Program-made: the position numbers and the translations under genes
From: Vulcanimicrobiales bacterium
GTDB taxonomy: Bacteria > Vulcanimicrobiota > Vulcanimicrobiia > Vulcanimicrobiales > Vulcanimicrobiaceae
Assembly: GCA_038215615.1 (NCBI GenBank)
Contig: JBBQQR010000014.1
Location: 1-53,198 of the forward strand
Direction: 5' to 3'
Length of the DNA: 53,198 nucleotides
In this document: one piece after another, positions 49,403 to 53,198 of the stretch
Numbering within the stretch: position 1 is the stretch's first letter
Layout: the number at the start of each line of letters is the position of its first letter
Notes under the pieces: model-generated
The model's input: the letters and a program-made list of their open reading frames with translations, nothing else
What the model was told of the DNA's origin: nothing
Database searches by the model: none

Positions 49403-51025
49403 CTACGGATTCGGGTCGCCGATCGTACGGGCCAGCGCGCGATAGACGTCGAGTCGCCCGCAGCCCTGCTTCGCGTTGCCGATGTTCCGAGCGGTCGCGC
49501 ACAGCGTGGTTTTCACCACGGCCGGCGTAAGTAGGCCGTTCACGGTGAGCATCAGCGCAGCCGTGCCACTGACGTGAGGCGTGGCTTGCGACGTGCCGGC
49601 GATGAGCGTGCGGCAGTCTCCCGTCGCTCCCGCCAAATCGGTGCTGCAGCTGCTGCCCGCCGTGCTCGAATAAATGTTTTCGATCCAATGGAGATCGTCC
49701 GAGTCCTGATTACCGGACGGATCGCCGCCGGGCGCCACCACGCCCCACGTTTGATTGGTGGAATCGTAGTTTGAATAGCTCGCGATCGATTCCACGACGG
49801 ATGCCGGATTCGAATCGTCGATGGACGACGCGCCGACCGCAATAACGCCGGGGTCGGCAGCCGGATAATCTAATGTAGCAGCAGTTTCATTTCCCGACGC
49901 CGCTACGACGACCACGCCGTTTGCAATTGCTTGCGCGACAGCCGCTTCTTCGGCCGCATCGGGCCCGCTCGCTCCCAAACTCAAACTGATAACGCGCGCG
50001 CCTTGCGCCACCGCGTCGGTGATGGCCATGCCGACGTCGGCTCCGCTCGCGGTGCATCCACCCGTTCCGCATGGCGGATCCGGAAAGACTTTAAAAATCA
50101 TCAACGGAGCCGCGTATGCTACTCCGGCAAAACCAAAGCCGTTGTTACCGGTAGCAGCGGCGATTCCCGCGACATTGGTGCCATGCCCGTCATTGTCGTG
50201 CATGATCGCGGTGCCGACGGTTCGGACGCCATTGAGAACGCTCTCGGCAAAGACCGTGCGCCCCGCCAAATCCCGGTGCGTTAAATCGGCGCCCGTGTCG
50301 ATGATCGCAATTTTGACGTTCCCGCCGAGCGCGCCGGCGAAGGTGCTGCCGGTCGTGTTGCTATTTCCGTAGCCCCACGCGTTCGCCGCACAGATAACGC
50401 GCATGTCCCACTCGCCGGGCTTTGCCGCGGATTCGTACAGCGGCGGGACGTTGGCCGGCGCGAAACCATTGTAATAGGGGTCGTTGAGCGTCGCCGCGGT
50501 TGTCGATTGAAGATTGCGGACCATCGAGCGCGTCGCCCTTTGAACGATCCCGCTCGAATCGAACTCGCGAATCGCCGCTTCTTCGGTTCCCGGCGCGACG
50601 GAAACGATTTGAATGCGATCCGAAAGCGAATCGAGCTCGGAACGGACGTCTCCGCGTACATGTTCTACCAATTGCTCGGCTTCCGCGCGATGAGCTGCCA
50701 GCGCGGTCTGCCGGTAGACGATTTCTATGACACCCGGCGCATACTGGTTCTGGTTGCCGCCCGCGACCGCAGGCATGCGGCGCGCGCTTGACTGCGGAAC
50801 CGACGCCTGCACGATCGATTGGGGCGTACCCGAGCTGCGGCAGACGGTGCTCGCGTTGGGGCTGTTTGTCGGTGGTGCCGTCGGTGTGGGCGAAACTCCG
50901 CCGCCGTTACCGCCCGGTGGGACCAGACCGCCGCCGGAACCGCCGCCACTGCCGCCTCCGCCGCAGGCAGCCAAAATACACATCCCCGCGATGGCTAGTG
51001 CTGGTAAACGGCTCTTCAAATTCAC
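49403..51025 (-). CDS. S8 subtilisin-like lipoprotein peptidase
   Basis: Lipobox LAAC; triad motifs IIDTG, HGTNVAG, GTSQATP. Confidence 0.93.
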   Translation of the reverse strand: MNLKSRLPALAIAGMCILAACGGGGSGGGSGGGLVPPGGNGGGVSPTPTAPPTNSPNASTVCRSSGTPQSIVQASVPQSSARRMPAVAGGNQNQYAPGVIEIVYRQTALAAHRAEAEQLVEHVRGDVRSELDSLSDRIQIVSVAPGTEEAAIREFDSSGIVQRATRSMVRNLQSTTAATLNDPYYNGFAPANVPPLYESAAKPGEWDMRVICAANAWGYGNSNTTGSTFAGALGGNVKIAIIDTGADLTHRDLAGRTVFAESVLNGVRTVGTAIMHDNDGHGTNVAGIAAATGNNGFGFAGVAYAAPLMIFKVFPDPPCGTGGCTASGADVGMAITDAVAQGARVISLSLGASGPDAAEEAAVAQAIANGVVVVAASGNETAATLDYPAADPGVIAVGASSIDDSNPASVVESIASYSNYDSTNQTWGVVAPGGDPSGNQDSDDLHWIENIYSSTAGSSCSTDLAGATGDCRTLIAGTSQATPHVSGTAALMLTVNGLLTPAVVKTTLCATARNIGNAKQGCGRLDVYRALARTIGDPNP

Positions 51026-51043
51026 CGGTTGTCCTCTTACCTT

Positions 51044-52315
51044 CTACGGCTTTAACGACCCGATCGGTTCCTCCGAGCCGGCCGTTTCCCACAGGAAGCC
51101 CAGGGCCGCGGTAGTGGCTCGAGACTGAATTCCTTCGCGGTCGCCGGCTAGGTGCAAGCGCCGGGTGCGCACTCCGCTTGCATCGGAGATGGCCAGCCAC
51201 ACTAATCCTATCGGCTTTTCATAAGTTCCGCCTGAAGGGCCGGCGACGCCGGTAAGCGCCAGCCCGATGCCGGTTCCGAGACTCTTGCGGACGCCGGCAG
51301 CCATTTGCTTGGCTACTTCTTCGCTGACCGCACCGGAACGATCGAGGTCCTCGCGCTGCACGCCGAGCAGCTCCATTTTGACGTCGTTACCGTACGAGAC
51401 GATTCCGCCGGCAAAACATTTCGACGAACCTGGTACGCTGGTGAGCGCGGCGGTAATCGAACCGCCGGTACACGATTCGGCAACGGCGATCGTGCGGCGC
51501 GTTTGCTGCAGCAGCACGTGAATTGCAAAAGGCAGCGTCTCGTCGTCTACGCCGTAGACGTGCCCGTCCAAGCGGCGCAGCAGCTCGTGCTCCACCGGCG
51601 TAATCAGCGCGATCGCCGCGGCGGCCGAAACGGCCTTCGCCATAATCTTCACGTCGCACCGGAACTGATGGGCCAACACCGCGATCTTCGGATTTTCGAG
51701 CGACGCAAAAAGATCGGCTATGCGGTGGTCGATCTCGGATTCGGCGAGGCCGATCGTATGCAGGGTGCGCGTGCGGATGTGTTCGGTCAGCCGGAAGCGC
51801 TGCTGCAGCCACGGTACGACGCCTTGCGTCAGCATCGGTTTCATCTCACGCGGAACGCCAGGCATGCTGACCACGAACTTTCCCTGCCCGGTCGTTGCAA
51901 TGAATCCCGGCGCCGTTCCTTCGCGGTTGGCAAGCGGCAGCGAGCCGCGCGGGATCAGCGCTTGTTTGCGATTATTCTCGCGCATCCGCCGTCCGCTTTT
52001 TGCGAAGACTTCTTCCATCGCGCGCAGCGACGGTTCGTGCACGTCTGGGTCGATGCCAAGCGCGTCGCAGACTGCTTCTTTCGTGAGGTCGTCGACCGTC
52101 GGTCCCAGCCCGCCCGTCGTGATGACGCCGTCCGCGCGCCCGAGCGCTGCCCGGATCATTTCGGCGATACGCCGACGGTTATCGCCGACCGCATGCGTGG
52201 CAAAGACGTCGACACCGTTTTCCGCGAGCTTGCCGGCAATGAATGCAGAGTTCGTATCGACGAGCTGTCCGAGCAGCATCTCGGTGCCGACCGCGATGAT
52301 CTCGACCGAGGGCAC
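51044..52315 (-). CDS. cinA: Competence/damage-inducible protein CinA (MoCF-like domain plus PncC NMN deamidase)
   Basis: VGTE.L.G..VDTN, TGGLGPTVDD, VAESCTGG, TGVAGP.GG...KPIG. Confidence 0.95.
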   Translation of the reverse strand: MPSVEIIAVGTEMLLGQLVDTNSAFIAGKLAENGVDVFATHAVGDNRRRIAEMIRAALGRADGVITTGGLGPTVDDLTKEAVCDALGIDPDVHEPSLRAMEEVFAKSGRRMRENNRKQALIPRGSLPLANREGTAPGFIATTGQGKFVVSMPGVPREMKPMLTQGVVPWLQQRFRLTEHIRTRTLHTIGLAESEIDHRIADLFASLENPKIAVLAHQFRCDVKIMAKAVSAAAAIALITPVEHELLRRLDGHVYGVDDETLPFAIHVLLQQTRRTIAVAESCTGGSITAALTSVPGSSKCFAGGIVSYGNDVKMELLGVQREDLDRSGAVSEEVAKQMAAGVRKSLGTGIGLALTGVAGPSGGTYEKPIGLVWLAISDASGVRTRRLHLAGDREGIQSRATTAALGFLWETAGSEEPIGSLKP

Positions 52316-52881
52316 TACAGCTCTTCGAACCAGCCCGGATAGCGGAACGAAACGTCGGCCTCAAAACCGTGCGCCGCATCTATCATCGCCTTGCGCCTAA
52401 TGGCCGAATCTTCGGCGGCGGGGCGTTCCCGTCGCACATCTTCACGCCGGGCCGCAATCGCTTCGGCAAACCGCGCGAAGCGGCCGTCCATCGCGCGCTG
52501 CAGCCCTTCCTTAATAAGCTTACCGACGCGCGGTGCGAGCCCCGCCGTCGAGATCGCGATTCGAACCGGCCCGGCCTTCGCGATCGCCAGCATCGCGACG
52601 AACCCGTGCTTGGGCTGGTCGATGCAGCAGAGCAAGAACCGTTCCCGGTCGGCCAACTCGCGCAGGCGCGCGGAAAGCGCTTCGTCCTGCGGCGTCGATA
52701 TCACGAGAAAGGCGCCGCTCACATCCTCGGCGCGAAGATCGGCCGGATCGTCGATGCGGCGGACATCCGCATCGCACTCGCGCAGCGCCGCGCTCTTTTC
52801 ATCCGCCTCGCGATCGTTTCCGATCACGACGCAATGGCGACCTGCGAGATTCAAACCCACGGGGAAATACGGATTACGCAC
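52315..52881 (-). CDS. Precorrin-2 dehydrogenase/ferrochelatase-like protein (SirC, CysG N-terminal homolog)
   Basis: YFPVGLNLAGR.CVVIG, IAISTAGLAP; start taken at GTG 52881. Confidence 0.75.
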   Translation of the reverse strand: MRNPYFPVGLNLAGRHCVVIGNDREADEKSAALRECDADVRRIDDPADLRAEDVSGAFLVISTPQDEALSARLRELADRERFLLCCIDQPKHGFVAMLAIAKAGPVRIAISTAGLAPRVGKLIKEGLQRAMDGRFARFAEAIAARREDVRRERPAAEDSAIRRKAMIDAAHGFEADVSFRYPGWFEEL

Positions 52882-52896
52882 CCTTGCACCAATAAC

Positions 52897-53057
52897 GGCG
52901 GAGAGATGCATCGTTCGCGGGATGTTCCGAATTTTCGAGCCGGCCATGGACGGCCGTTTCAAAACTTTGTTTTCTCGAAAATTCGGCGGTTCTAAGCGAT
53001 GGCGGCACATGGACGTGCCGCCGAGCGGTCCCGCGAACGATGCATCTCCTCGCCGCC
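52897..53057. repeat. Nested inverted-repeat element (REPIN/MITE-like or structured RNA)
   Basis: 20-bp perfect outer IR (52903-52922/53029-53048), 13-bp inner IR (52927-52939/52974-52986), two hairpins with ATGGAC loops. Confidence 0.8.
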
Positions 53058-53060
53058 ATG

Positions 53061-53198
53061 CTAAAAATCCACAGGGCGGAGATAAAACTCATTGATCGCC
53101 GTGTTTGAAAGCATCGCAGTGGTCGGCAAGTGCCGCTTCCAATGCGTGCCGTCCAGACGTTTACGCACGAGTTCCACCTCAGCGCGATCGAAACCGCG
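53061..53198 (-). CDS. nadE: NAD+ synthetase, C-terminal fragment (5' part outside the window)
   Basis: Hand translation ...RKRLDGTHWKRHLPTTAMLSNTAINEFYLRPVDF* resembles NadE C-termini; cinA lies nearby. Confidence 0.65.
   Translation of the reverse strand, partial: RGFDRAEVELVRKRLDGTHWKRHLPTTAMLSNTAINEFYLRPVDF

Overview
A GC-rich, densely packed bacterial chromosomal segment that is mostly housekeeping. The gene style and Terrabacteria-like synteny suggest Eremiobacterota/Vulcanimicrobiota, but that is an unverified inference. It holds six dispersed tRNAs, aroA, tadA, a long minus-strand run (rpmE-prfA-prmC-pyrG-GT2-GT4-surface protein-peptide SBP-HIT, then rpsU-yqeY-nfeD-floA-phoH-ybeY-dgkA-hemolysin-cdd-recO-ruvX-mltG-DUF1292-glycolipid GT-DoxX), leuCD, cinA and the 3' end of nadE. 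I saw no integrase, transposase, CRISPR array or rRNA. Items most worth follow-up: (1) a coupled metY-CoA binding-luxE-luxC-class III aminotransferase-Gfo/Idh operon without luciferase, a candidate acid-to-aldehyde-to-amine pathway; (2) an APC permease fused to a GH35-like hydrolase whose ORF runs into tRNA-Leu; (3) an unannotated ~195-nt promoter-to-terminator unit upstream of rpsU (candidate sRNA); (4) a BlaI/BlaR1 system with a perfect palindromic operator and a LRDHGV repeat shared by the sensor and a downstream secreted protein; (5) a ~160-bp nested inverted-repeat element with two ATGGAC-loop hairpins; (6) four conserved genes, including prfA, that appear to need CTG/ATC/ATT start codons.
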